Origin: Candidatus Saccharimonadales bacterium
GTDB lineage: Bacteria > Patescibacteriota > Saccharimonadia > Saccharimonadales > JAXHNE01
Assembly: GCA_038316995.1 (NCBI GenBank)
Contig: JBBQAZ010000001.1
Span: forward strand, 1,281 to 65,280
Direction of reading: 5' to 3'
DNA length: 64,000 nucleotides
The notes beneath the pieces are model-generated. The model was not told where the DNA came from and searched no databases. It saw nothing but the letters and a program-made list of their open reading frames with translations. Position 1 is the stretch's first letter. Each line of letters begins with the position of its first letter. The translations under genes and the position numbers were made by a program. Below, one piece after another: positions 1 to 9,469 of the stretch.

Positions 1-135
1 AATCCGTCTCTCTTTCTTGATCAAGCCCTCATTCCTAGAGTGCAAATATACAGTCTGCTCCTTGTGCCTGTTGGGTAGCAGGTATATCTGGTGTCTAGTA
101 ACGAAGATTGCTTGTTTTAATGTGCACAAGCCTGT

Positions 136-149
136 CCGGCAACTGCCGG
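136..149 (-). terminator. GC palindrome CCGGCAACTGCCGG just downstream of rpsO
   Basis: The arms are a perfect 6 bp and the hairpin lies 16 nt past the rpsO stop. There is no clear U-tract. A near-identical copy (CCGGCAGCTGCCGGAT) occurs at 63636-63652. Confidence 0.3.
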
Positions 150-164
150 ATTGGTCTGAGCAAA

Positions 165-431
165 TTACTTACGTAAGCCGAGCTTTTTGATTAAAGCCAA
201 GTACGCTTCACCGTCTTTGCTAGCCAAGTACTTTAGTAGTCGCTTTCGCTTGCCTACTGCCTGGAGTAGTCCACGGCGGGCCATAAAATCATGCTTGTGT
301 GTCTTTAGGTGTCCAGTTAATTCTGTAATACGTTCTGTAAGGATTGCAACCTGCACCGCAGGGCTCCCTGTATCTGTTTTGCTGGTTTGGTTGTCAGCAA
401 CAATCTTAGTCTTCTTCTCTGTTGAAATCAT
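165..431 (-). CDS. rpsO: 30S ribosomal protein S15
   Basis: 88 aa. The S15-like core is LTERITELTGHLKTHKHDFMARRGLLQAVGKRKRLLKYL. Confidence 0.95.
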   Translation of the reverse strand: MISTEKKTKIVADNQTSKTDTGSPAVQVAILTERITELTGHLKTHKHDFMARRGLLQAVGKRKRLLKYLASKDGEAYLALIKKLGLRK

Positions 432-517
432 TAATCTTCCTTGTTTACTTAATAAGAGATGATGGCGTTACCCAAGAATATACCACACCCACCCCAGTTA
501 TGCAACTATTACAAACT

Positions 518-946
518 TCAACTTCGTTTTACTAGCATACCCTTAAGCTCATGGAGTTCACAAAGTAAAGTTTGAGCTTGCTCATTATCAAGTTCAACAG
601 CTTCTGTCATACTCGTAAAGCTACCCCTCATTGCCCTCACTCCTTCTACATCTACAAAAACACTAATATTATCATATGGATTTGTTTGTCTGCCAACCTG
701 TATGTAAGCGCGTTCACCCTTAAGAGTTGACTCGCCAAGTTCTACGGACGTATATAGCATAGGACAGTCAAAAGATGTGGCATAGGCATCAGGATCAATC
801 GCATATAATCCTTCAAGTCTAGAAAACGGACGCGAGAGGTATACTTCGCTTGGATCTTCAAGATGATCGTCAAGAATAGTGTAAGCTAATTCAATAATCT
901 CTTCACTCACAGACAGAGTAGCAATTTTTTCAATACTTTCGCTCAT
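518..946 (-). CDS. hypothetical acidic protein
   Basis: 142-aa ORF that fills the gap between rpsO and the ABC-F gene. I recognised no motif. Confidence 0.55.
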   Translation of the reverse strand: MSESIEKIATLSVSEEIIELAYTILDDHLEDPSEVYLSRPFSRLEGLYAIDPDAYATSFDCPMLYTSVELGESTLKGERAYIQVGRQTNPYDNISVFVDVEGVRAMRGSFTSMTEAVELDNEQAQTLLCELHELKGMLVKRS

Positions 947-958
947 TTAGATTTTATT

Positions 959-2632
959 TTATACTTTTAATACTTTTTTGTCAATGTTTATTTGTTCTCC
1001 ACCGATGTTTTTGGTGAAGTAGCTGTCGTGGGAAATGTAGATAATGGCGCCGTGATATTGCTTGAGAGCATGCTCAAGCTCTTCTATGCTAGGCAAATCC
1101 AAGTGGTTTGTTGGTTCGTCCAAAATCAGTACCATTGGGTCGTCTGCCAACATGCTCATCAGCTGGAACCGAGCTTTTTGACCACCACTTAACTTTGAAA
1201 CTACCATTTCTCCGTCACTTTCTGGCCTGAAAAGATAATCTCCAAGCATCTGGCGAATCTTTTGATCGCTGGCATTTACTTCCTTGGCCAGCAAAACGTG
1301 TTCAACTGCGTCTTTCAGCTTCATCTTTAGATATTTTGGACCAATTTCTTGCTCATAGTTGCCAATTTTTAGCTGCTTTTCTGTAGAAATGTGCCCGTTC
1401 AGCAATTTACTCTCTGTTTTATCGTTACGGCTTTCTGCCAAGATTGCATTAACCAAAGTAGTCTTTCCTGCCCCGTTACGGCCATGCAAACGTAATCGCT
1501 CGCCTTCTCGCAGCTGAAAAGACACCTCATTAAACAGGGGTTCATCTGTGTATCCAAGCACTAGCTTGTGTGCCTCTATTAGTAGTCTATTGGATTTTGT
1601 CTCACTTGTTCTGGCCCGAATCCGGATATTCCGTGCCTTGTGTTCATCATATGCGTCTGCCAGCTTATTATTTAGTCCCTGCACTGATTCTTTGTCTATC
1701 CAAAAACTTGGCTTAGTCATTTTTTGCAAATCTGCAAGTTCCTTACGGGCTCGTTGCTCTTGGCTTTTAAATCGAGCAATCGTCCCTGGATTGCGAGCTT
1801 TTTCTTTGAGTCGCTGAAACCGCACTACATCATCTTTGAGATTTATTATGCGTCGTTGCGTTACTTCATACTCATTGACTTCACTTGTAACTTTGCTAGT
1901 GTTTGTTCGCAAATAATCATCGTAATTTCCCCTGAAACTATAACTTTTGCCGTCCCGAATCTCTATAATCCTATCAATTGCCTTCAGAACATCTCGGTCG
2001 TGAGTAATTACAACTACTGCCGCTTTTTCACGGTTTAACCATTGCAAAAATAGTTCTTTGGCGGCGTAATCCATGTGGTTAGTTGGTTCGTCTATCAAAA
2101 TTAAATCTGCTTTGCTGTGTTGCAGTTTTGCAAGCTCCACAAAGCGTTTTTGGCCACCAGAAAGCTGCCCAATCTTGCCATCAATGTGGTTGTCTTGAAG
2201 TCCGTAGGCCTGCAGACTGCGCCTTATTTCTTCTTCTACTTGATAGTATCCAAGTGAACTAAATTGTTCCAAAGCATCACCGAACACATCCATCTTTTTG
2301 GAATTACTTCCCATGTGTTCGGGGTATGTATCAATAATGTCTTTAAGCTGTTTGTACTGCGGTAAATCCTCCAAAATAAACGGTAAGACAGAAGCTTCCT
2401 CAAACCCTTGATGCTCCTGCCTTGAACTAACAACTACCAAGTTACGCTGAAAATCTATGTCACCAGCAAAGTCTGAATCTTCCCCTGTTAGCATATGGAA
2501 AAGAGTGGTTTTTCCTGTACCGTTGCGTCCTATAAACCCAAGTTTTTCACCAGCTTGAATTTTGAGCGACAGATCTTCATATAAGATCTTGTCACCAAAA
2601 GACTTTTCTTCGATATTTATATTGGCAATCAT
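959..2632 (-). CDS. ABC-F family ATPase (two nucleotide-binding domains, no TM domain)
   Basis: Walker A motifs GRNGTGKTT and GRNGAGKTT. Signatures LSGGQKRF and LSGGQKAR. Walker B motifs LILIDEPTNHMD and VLILDEPTNHLD. A charged inter-domain linker is present. Confidence 0.9.
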   Translation of the reverse strand: MIANINIEEKSFGDKILYEDLSLKIQAGEKLGFIGRNGTGKTTLFHMLTGEDSDFAGDIDFQRNLVVVSSRQEHQGFEEASVLPFILEDLPQYKQLKDIIDTYPEHMGSNSKKMDVFGDALEQFSSLGYYQVEEEIRRSLQAYGLQDNHIDGKIGQLSGGQKRFVELAKLQHSKADLILIDEPTNHMDYAAKELFLQWLNREKAAVVVITHDRDVLKAIDRIIEIRDGKSYSFRGNYDDYLRTNTSKVTSEVNEYEVTQRRIINLKDDVVRFQRLKEKARNPGTIARFKSQEQRARKELADLQKMTKPSFWIDKESVQGLNNKLADAYDEHKARNIRIRARTSETKSNRLLIEAHKLVLGYTDEPLFNEVSFQLREGERLRLHGRNGAGKTTLVNAILAESRNDKTESKLLNGHISTEKQLKIGNYEQEIGPKYLKMKLKDAVEHVLLAKEVNASDQKIRQMLGDYLFRPESDGEMVVSKLSGGQKARFQLMSMLADDPMVLILDEPTNHLDLPSIEELEHALKQYHGAIIYISHDSYFTKNIGGEQINIDKKVLKV

Positions 2633-3330
2633 ACGACCTGCTTTAAAACTTCAGCTACCGGCTGATCTTGCAACTGGTCAATCGTGTAGGCGTTTATTAA
2701 ATTAAATTCACCGACTGATACGCGCCGTAAATCACTCATATACGCCCCTGTTCCAAGTTTTTCACCAATATCGCCCACCAGGCTACGAATATACGTACCA
2801 GAAGACACGTGGACCATAAATGTAATGTCTGGATAGGCGTACTTCATGTCTGTAATTGAACTTATTTTAACTTTGCGTGGTTCTATTTTCACTTCTTTGC
2901 CTTCGCGGGCTAGTTCATAGGCCCGCTTACCGTTCACTTTTATTGCACTAAAAGCTGGCGGTGTTTGTGTGACCACGCCAATAAATTGTTCAAGTACGCT
3001 CTGGACTTCCTCTACAAACGGCTCGTGTTCACTTTTTTTGGTCAATTCGCCTTCTGCATCACCTGTTTCAGAGGTAGTTCCGAGCTTCATACTAACTTCG
3101 TAAACTTTATCAAGCTTAGAAAATTCCTGCGCCCGCTTACAATAACTACCGACAACTACAATCATAAGACCAGTTGCGAGAGGATCTAGTGTCCCTGTAT
3201 GCCCTACTTTAACCTTGTGTCCAGCTTCATTTTTAAGCATGCCCCGAACTTTTGCCACTACATCGTGACTTGTCCAAGTTTTTAGCTTATCTACTAATAA
3301 TATTCCGTCCATAAGGACCGTATTATACAC
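2629..3330 (-). CDS. truB: tRNA pseudouridine(55) synthase TruB
   Basis: Catalytic motif GHTGTLDPLATGLM. Has a 4-nt overlap with the downstream ABC-F gene. Confidence 0.9.
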   Translation of the reverse strand: MYNTVLMDGILLVDKLKTWTSHDVVAKVRGMLKNEAGHKVKVGHTGTLDPLATGLMIVVVGSYCKRAQEFSKLDKVYEVSMKLGTTSETGDAEGELTKKSEHEPFVEEVQSVLEQFIGVVTQTPPAFSAIKVNGKRAYELAREGKEVKIEPRKVKISSITDMKYAYPDITFMVHVSSGTYIRSLVGDIGEKLGTGAYMSDLRRVSVGEFNLINAYTIDQLQDQPVAEVLKQVV

Positions 3331-3333
3331 GCT

Positions 3334-5160
3334 TTAAAGAGGTGGTACAGGGGGTAGTGTCTGGTGACCGTCGTCGTCTTTTGGATATAGTGGCATTGGT
3401 GGCGGAACTGGTGGTGGCGGAGAAGCTGGGCTTACGGCGTCGGTAGAGGCTGAGGGAATAGGGTCCGGCGGGAATTTAGGCTTACTTGGCTCTTGTCCTG
3501 TCACGGCGTCATTATTCTGCAAACCCGATTCAATATCTAACTTTGTAACATCCAAATAATCATCGTCATCATCTGAACTTGTAACCTCTTGAAGATTTGG
3601 AGTCGCCTGTTCAGCGTGGCTAAGATTTAAATCAATTGGGTTCGCGTTTAGAGCCGCAATCGGCTCAAGGGGTGGTTGATTGCCAGATATTGCCAAAGCT
3701 TGATCGACATTATTCTGTAACTCATCAAGATCAGGAACATTGGGCGCAGCCTCATTACTAACTGGCGGCAAGCCTTCGCTACTTAGCGCGTCTTGTTGAT
3801 GAGGGCTGTCTACTGATTTTTCAAGATAATCTAACGTTTGGTCTACGTTATCTTCAGAGGTACTCCCCTCTGTTTGCCTTGGAATACTTGAGTTGTCATT
3901 GTCTATAAACTCCGGGGCTGGAACTTCTATTTCTAACTCCTGGTTACCGTCTTCTGCTACTTGTTTAGTTTCTTCGTTATCATTTTCTTTTTGGGCTGAA
4001 TCATCATGGCTTAATATTCTCCCTTTTTCTTCAGTTGGGTTTAAGGGGTTAGCAAACTCGTTGTCTTCATCATTTGCGCTTGCTGTCAACGTGCCTGAAT
4101 TTGAAGGTGGTTCTAAAATCATTCTAGCATGTCCCTCTTCGCTGTCTCCAGAGAGTGGTTCTTCTAGTTTTGGCCTTGCTTTTTTGTGAATCTTTGGCAG
4201 TTCATCTAAATGAGATGACTTGAAGTTACCGTCATCATCTACGTGAATTGCATGTGTGTCATCTTCTTGTGGGGCATGAGATTCTTGGGGCTGCACTGGT
4301 ACTTCGTGCTTAATTTCTAGCGATCCATCATTATGCTTTACAGAATCTTCAGACTCTACCACCCCTGTTTCTGTTGGTTCTTCAGCCTCTTTCATCGACG
4401 CAACAGGTTCTGGCTCGGGTTTGACTTGTAGCTGCGTTGCTACAAGCTGCTGGTTCGCGCCGGCCGCCATTAATTTTGCGCTGATATTCATGGTCTCTGG
4501 TTTTGTCTTTTCGTTACTAAAACGTTCTGTTTCGGCAACAATACCGGTCAAGAATGCCGTCGCAATTTGACTATCAAAAACATCATTCTTTAGCGTTAAG
4601 CTCATCTGGGCTACGACCTCTGACAGGCTACTAGTTCCCTGTTCATTTAAGTTTGTTCCGCCCAGTTCGCCTGGTTTATCGACATTAATTGAAACAATCT
4701 TCGCGTCGTGCAATATTCTGCCGTGCGCCGTAATTGCTTGATCTAATTGACCTTGGTCGTGCACTCCAAGCGCGAGGACTACGTCAACGTTAAAATCACC
4801 ATGACTAAAAATTAGATCTTCCTGGCCGATTGTAGTTTTGTAAGGAGTAATGAAGATTTTTACGTGTTGATCTTCTACTTTATATCGAAGCTTATCTGCT
4901 TTGGATTTATCGAGTGAAATAATAAAATCACGGAGACTGTCTGTATTTTTCTCTAGCGTCTCTTCTGGTTTTAGAAACTCAATTGTAGATGGTGAGCTAC
5001 CGCTAAATACGGCTGTTCCGTGCTTACCTAGCTTATTTAGCACCAATGTCATCCCGATTGCAGCAGAAAGCTGGTCAATCGTAGGGTTTTGACTCACGGT
5101 TACAAGAACGTTTTGTGCGTCCTTGATTGTTTGTAATACTTCTGTTTTTGGATTTTCCAT
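3334..5160 (-). CDS. DHH/NrnA-like domain protein with a long acidic/Pro-rich disordered C-terminal tail
   Basis: The N-terminal ~245 aa resemble the NrnA/DHH fold, and the gene sits in the usual truB-adjacent position. The DHH motif is not recognisable (GVHDQ in its place). The C-terminal ~360 aa are low complexity (D/E/P/S/Q), ending in PPPPVPPPMP. Confidence 0.6.
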   Translation of the reverse strand: MENPKTEVLQTIKDAQNVLVTVSQNPTIDQLSAAIGMTLVLNKLGKHGTAVFSGSSPSTIEFLKPEETLEKNTDSLRDFIISLDKSKADKLRYKVEDQHVKIFITPYKTTIGQEDLIFSHGDFNVDVVLALGVHDQGQLDQAITAHGRILHDAKIVSINVDKPGELGGTNLNEQGTSSLSEVVAQMSLTLKNDVFDSQIATAFLTGIVAETERFSNEKTKPETMNISAKLMAAGANQQLVATQLQVKPEPEPVASMKEAEEPTETGVVESEDSVKHNDGSLEIKHEVPVQPQESHAPQEDDTHAIHVDDDGNFKSSHLDELPKIHKKARPKLEEPLSGDSEEGHARMILEPPSNSGTLTASANDEDNEFANPLNPTEEKGRILSHDDSAQKENDNEETKQVAEDGNQELEIEVPAPEFIDNDNSSIPRQTEGSTSEDNVDQTLDYLEKSVDSPHQQDALSSEGLPPVSNEAAPNVPDLDELQNNVDQALAISGNQPPLEPIAALNANPIDLNLSHAEQATPNLQEVTSSDDDDDYLDVTKLDIESGLQNNDAVTGQEPSKPKFPPDPIPSASTDAVSPASPPPPVPPPMPLYPKDDDGHQTLPPVPPL

Positions 5161-5184
5161 TTTTGTTTTTTAATCCTTATGAAA

Positions 5185-5193
5185 ATCGTAGCA
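5185..5193 (-). promoter_or_regulatory. extended -10 (TGCTACGAT on the minus strand) for the DHH-like gene
   Basis: The reverse complement of ATCGTAGCA is TGCTACGAT. A 24-nt leader with an AAGGA Shine-Dalgarno precedes the ATG at 5160. Confidence 0.4.
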
Positions 5194-5321
5194 TAAAAAC
5201 ACAAGCGTGTCTACAGAGAAGCTGATTGTTGATGCTCAACTCTTTACAAACAGAGAGGATAATGCTACAGTCAAATCCGACTTTAAATTATCTTTTAAGT
5301 TCAATCACTAAAGGAGCATAG

Positions 5322-5726
5322 ATGCCAATTATCAAATCTGCGCGAAAGCGCGTTAAAACTGCTAACAAAGCTGCAATACGAAATAGTAAGACTAAGCGCA
5401 CATTAAAAGAAGCCTTAAAAAACTTCCAAAGCGCAGTCACAAGTGGCAAAAAAATAAACGAAGCGCATGATGCAGCACAAAGCGCATTAGACACGGCCGT
5501 CAAGAAGAACATCCTACACAAGAACAAAGTAGCTCGTAAAAAAGCTCAACTTTCAAAAGCTGCGAAAGCTGCTGGATCAAAACCAGTTAAAAATGCTGCC
5601 AAAACCGCAACTCCTGCCAAGAAAGTCGTAGCGAAAAAGCCTGCTGCGAAAACGGCTCCTAAAAAGCCTGCTGCGAAAAAGCCAGTAGCCAAAAAAGCTC
5701 CTGCCAAAAAAACTACAAAGAAATAA
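5322..5726 (+). CDS. rpsT: 30S ribosomal protein S20 with a Lys/Ala-rich C-terminal extension
   Basis: N-terminus MPIIKSARKRVKTANKAAIRNSKTKRTLKEALK is S20-like, and an AAAGGAG Shine-Dalgarno lies upstream. The tail has AKKPAAK-type repeats. Confidence 0.9.
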   Translation: MPIIKSARKRVKTANKAAIRNSKTKRTLKEALKNFQSAVTSGKKINEAHDAAQSALDTAVKKNILHKNKVARKKAQLSKAAKAAGSKPVKNAAKTATPAKKVVAKKPAAKTAPKKPAAKKPVAKKAPAKKTTKK

Positions 5727-6627
5727 TAAAGGCCTTTAAGGCATCGTCAGCATCAATTTTTGTAGACTTCATTTTTTCATCTATAGAACGGAGTCTACTT
5801 ACGGCTTCTTTTAGTTCTGGAAACGCGACTTGGCGTGCAATACGATGGGTTTTTTGTATGACGTATGGGTTTACTTTTGCATTACTGGCAATTTCATTTG
5901 CGTCTGTTGTGTTTGCGGTTTTAACCAATGCTAAAATATGAAGCTGCCATACAAACATAGCAACAATCTGTATAGGTTCAACCTGCAGGGCTCGCTGCTC
6001 TTCATAAAGTTGTAACGCTCGTTCTTTATTACCAGAGAACCCTGCATCGATAAGTTCAAATATCGTGCTTGAAGGAGTTTGTAGTGTTAATTCTTTTACG
6101 GCCGCTATTGTTATATTTTTATCATACATGCTCAGTTTATCAAGTTCATTGGCGAGTCTAAGCTGATCCGTTCCAGCTCTTCTAACAAGTTCCTGGGCAG
6201 CTGCAGGTTCAATGGTTGCTTCCCATTTTTTCACATACTCCTGTGCCCAGCGAACAACTGCGCTCGGCTCAAGCTCTCTAAATTCTTCGTATTCGTCTAA
6301 TTTTTTTAAACTTTTATAGTACGATGAACGCTTATCAAACTTTGGTTCATTTATTATAACTTCTGTAGTATCTGGCAAATTTTTTAATAATAATTCGTAC
6401 TTTTCTTGAAATTCCTTGTTACTACTTGGTTCATCTAAGACTACTAGTTTTTTTGCTGCAAGAAATGGTAGACTTTCTAGTGACTCGCGAATCCTATCAA
6501 TATCAGCCTCTTGCCCATCTATGACTTCAAGCGAAAAATTCCCATACTCCTTAACGAAACTGGCTATTATGCTACGCTTCTTTGCGCCGCGCATAAAATC
6601 ATTTGGACCGGTCAAAATATAAATCAT
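5713..6627 (-). CDS. holA: DNA polymerase III delta subunit
   Basis: 304 aa. N-terminus MIYILTGPNDFM...LPFLAAKKLVVLDEPS is typical of HolA. Has a 4-nt overlap with mutM. Confidence 0.75.
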   Translation of the reverse strand: MIYILTGPNDFMRGAKKRSIIASFVKEYGNFSLEVIDGQEADIDRIRESLESLPFLAAKKLVVLDEPSSNKEFQEKYELLLKNLPDTTEVIINEPKFDKRSSYYKSLKKLDEYEEFRELEPSAVVRWAQEYVKKWEATIEPAAAQELVRRAGTDQLRLANELDKLSMYDKNITIAAVKELTLQTPSSTIFELIDAGFSGNKERALQLYEEQRALQVEPIQIVAMFVWQLHILALVKTANTTDANEIASNAKVNPYVIQKTHRIARQVAFPELKEAVSRLRSIDEKMKSTKIDADDALKAFIISL

Positions 6628-7505
6628 TTTTTCATATCCTTTTTCTGGCAGTTAGGACACGTATGAGTTCCTCGCCCTGCAACTCGAGTTTTTATAATTA
6701 CCAAGTCACATCTTTCGCAACTCTCACCTTCTCTCCTAAAAACTTTTGCAAAGTTTAGATAAGTTCCTTTATTTCCTTTAGCATTCACGTAGTTTCTATC
6801 GGTGCTGCCACCTTTTTCAATTGCCAAGTGCAAGATCCTCTGTAGTTCAGTAAATAATAGCTTTAATGACTTTTTTGGAATGTTTTTCACGAGTGTTTCA
6901 GGATGAATTTTCGCGGCCCAAAGTGACTCATCCGCATAAATATTTCCCACACCAGCAACCACTGTTTGATCCAGTAAAACGGCTTTAATACCACTGTTAT
7001 AACGTCTTTGCAGGCGTTGCATAAATTTTGTGTTCGTGAAATCCGCGGCTAATGGTTCTGGGCCAAGTTTTTTAAAAAAATCCAGGTTTTCAACTTCAAT
7101 TGTTGGCATTAGTCTTACCCAGCCAAACTTTCGCTGATCGTTAAAATAAAGCTTGGAATCATCTTTGAAAATAAACGTCACACGCGTGCTTTTATCTGGA
7201 AGCTCGCCAATCAGCGAGTCGTTTGGATGGCCTGCACCAAATACTGCATTTTCACCACGAAAAACGAGCTGTCCAGTCATCTTCAAATGAATGACCAGCG
7301 AGTAATTGGTATGCAGGTCAATTATCAATGCCTTACCTCTACGTCGTAATCTTAGGACACTAGCATTAATTAAAAAACTGTCGACATCAGTTGTGGCATT
7401 TGGGAAGCCTTTTGGCCAATCAAATGTAACACTCGCAACTACTTTGCCAATTATTAGCTGGTCAAGCCCTCGCTTCACAGTCTCAACTTCTGGTAATTCA
7501 GGCAT
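6624..7505 (-). CDS. mutM: formamidopyrimidine-DNA glycosylase
   Basis: N-terminal MPELPEVETV. C-terminal zinc finger CERC...CPNCQ. Confidence 0.9.
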   Translation of the reverse strand: MPELPEVETVKRGLDQLIIGKVVASVTFDWPKGFPNATTDVDSFLINASVLRLRRRGKALIIDLHTNYSLVIHLKMTGQLVFRGENAVFGAGHPNDSLIGELPDKSTRVTFIFKDDSKLYFNDQRKFGWVRLMPTIEVENLDFFKKLGPEPLAADFTNTKFMQRLQRRYNSGIKAVLLDQTVVAGVGNIYADESLWAAKIHPETLVKNIPKKSLKLLFTELQRILHLAIEKGGSTDRNYVNAKGNKGTYLNFAKVFRREGESCERCDLVIIKTRVAGRGTHTCPNCQKKDMKK

Positions 7506-7542
7506 ATCGTCTATTCTAGCAGTCTGTTACCATTGAAGCACT

Positions 7543-7782
7543 ATGAGTAATTCTATGGCTGATATTTTGGGTAATCGTGAATTTCACGAACCAAAAGAAA
7601 TTCAAATAATAAAATCTTTTGTGCGCAAAGAATTTAGTGTTGATTGCAACGTAAAAATGAGCGACCGAGCGATAACTATTATCGTGGACAGCGCTTCCCT
7701 TGCTGGAAGCCTGCGCATGCACCTACACACACTGGCAAAGCAGTGTGAGACTACAAAGCGTCTAATGATTAGGATTAATTAA
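7543..7782 (+). CDS. small DUF721/DciA-like protein (tentative)
   Basis: 79 aa. The pattern DRAITIIVDSASLAGSLRMHLHTLAKQ...LMIRI resembles DUF721. Unverified. Confidence 0.4.
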   Translation: MSNSMADILGNREFHEPKEIQIIKSFVRKEFSVDCNVKMSDRAITIIVDSASLAGSLRMHLHTLAKQCETTKRLMIRIN

Positions 7783-8017
7783 CCAAAGCTAGTTGAGCGG
7801 CAGCTCTAAGAAGCTGATGTTCTCTGTGCGTCATAACCGGGACGGCTGCTTCACCAACTACAATTGTTGCTTCATCGACTTCACCATGCAAACGCATCAA
7901 TTCATCCCCTATCGCATCGCCAATTGTTGTGTTGCAGGGCGTATAATCTACTCTGGTCAAGTTTTCTACTTCAAAGCTCTCTTCGAGATTTGAATATCCT
8001 AGTTCTGTGAGTGTCAT
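7775..8017 (-). CDS. hypothetical protein
   Basis: 80-aa acidic ORF that overlaps the 3' end of the convergent ORF by 8 nt. No motif recognised. Confidence 0.4.
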   Translation of the reverse strand: MTLTELGYSNLEESFEVENLTRVDYTPCNTTIGDAIGDELMRLHGEVDEATIVVGEAAVPVMTHREHQLLRAAAQLALVN

Positions 8018-8121
8018 TTTTGTTTTGCCTTTCTGTTTTTGAAAAACTTATCTCATTACACTCCAATTCTCAGGAATGTCAATAAGCTTTTTAGCTAAAA
8101 GCTTAAGCTAGTAAATTTATA

Positions 8122-8700
8122 TCATTCCTGATTTAAAATATGCTCTAAATCAGTTTTTAATTGAGGAAGATTTTGATAATGGATACTTGTTATGCCAATC
8201 GATTCTGCCGCTATACAATAATCTTCTATATCATCAGTAAATACCACCTCATATGGTTCTAACCCTAATTTCTCGCAAGCAACTTTATATATATCTGGAC
8301 TGGGCTTTGTCACTCCTACCTCAAACGAAAAAACAAAAGTATCAAAAAGATCTTGCTCTTCCTTGTCCAAGAACTCATCTGTAATCCAGTTTGAACCTAT
8401 ATTGCTCAATATACCTAGCTTGTAGTTTCTATTCTTTAAATTTCTAATATATTCAACTAACTGGGTATTCTTTAGGCCTTCTACACCACTCAGAGACTCA
8501 ACATCTTTTAAGTGTTTACCTGTGACCCCGTAAACTCCTGCAAAGAAATCTTCACGCGAAATTGCTCCTGCATCACATTGTTGATTTAATTCTTTTACTT
8601 TGTTTATTTGAAGATCGTCAGTTAATTCAGCAAGAAATTTGTGCCAAAGATTTGCATGCGCAAGGACTCCAAAACAGTCAAATAGTATCGCTTTTATCAT
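8122..8700 (-). CDS. HAD-superfamily hydrolase
   Basis: Motif I is ILFDCFGVL. Later HAD motifs are LSNIGS and FTDDIEDY. Confidence 0.8.
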   Translation of the reverse strand: MIKAILFDCFGVLAHANLWHKFLAELTDDLQINKVKELNQQCDAGAISREDFFAGVYGVTGKHLKDVESLSGVEGLKNTQLVEYIRNLKNRNYKLGILSNIGSNWITDEFLDKEEQDLFDTFVFSFEVGVTKPSPDIYKVACEKLGLEPYEVVFTDDIEDYCIAAESIGITSIHYQNLPQLKTDLEHILNQE

Positions 8701-8718
8701 CCGTCCTAGTGTAACAGC

Positions 8719-9279
8719 TTACAGTTCTACGTCGCGGACTAAATCGCGGTATTTGGGAATTTGGGCTTCAAACAACCCTTTTACGGTTCTACTATTACCG
8801 TCAAAAGAACCGGCAGTTTTGCTACAAGAACCGCTCCAAAGTCTAGAAATCTCACTTCCATGATCAGATAATTTATAGATTGTGATATTACCCCTTGGGC
8901 AAACACCCTTTTCGCTATCAAAACGTGCAGTTTGTTTGGATATAAATCCTGCGCGGGACAGTCCATACACAAATTCTTCAAAAGCTGCAGAATTATTTGT
9001 GAACGACTTTGTACTGACGACATTCTGATTGTAGCTATCTAACACCTCAAAGGTACGTTGATTTCTATCAACGGTAATCCTCACGGCTTGTCGCTGTTCA
9101 TTTGCAACCAGTTCACCATGAAGTTCATAGATTGCCTTTGCAGATGAGTCTGCATACTCTGTAAGCACAGTCGCCTTTTCTACAGGCTTTACAGCATCAT
9201 TACTGCCTCTGTTAACAACCCAAAATATAGATGCGATTAACACAAATACCGTTGCGAAAACTCCCAATAAATACTTCAT
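8719..9279 (-). CDS. membrane-anchored hypothetical protein
   Basis: I chose the start at MKYLLGVFATVFVLIASIF (an N-terminal TM helix) because TGCTATAAT lies 7 nt upstream of it. The ORF track extends to 9315. Confidence 0.6.
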   Translation of the reverse strand: MKYLLGVFATVFVLIASIFWVVNRGSNDAVKPVEKATVLTEYADSSAKAIYELHGELVANEQRQAVRITVDRNQRTFEVLDSYNQNVVSTKSFTNNSAAFEEFVYGLSRAGFISKQTARFDSEKGVCPRGNITIYKLSDHGSEISRLWSGSCSKTAGSFDGNSRTVKGLFEAQIPKYRDLVRDVEL

Positions 9280-9286
9280 AGCTACT

Positions 9287-9295
9287 ATTATAGCA
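9287..9295 (-). promoter_or_regulatory. extended -10 TGCTATAAT, 7 nt from ATG 9279 (leaderless)
   Basis: Read directly on the minus strand. No Shine-Dalgarno is possible in a 7-nt spacer. Confidence 0.55.
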
Positions 9296-9469
9296 TAATC
9301 ATTAACCTTTTGCAATACTTAGGAATCATTTAATTCTAGAGCTACACTCGTTAATTTTTTACTATCTTCAAAGTGACTGCAAGAATCATTAATTACTATC
9401 TGTTCGGCTAGTTACGAGTATCTTTGGATGCCTCTTCATACTGTAAATGAAACGAATTAAATGGACTGA

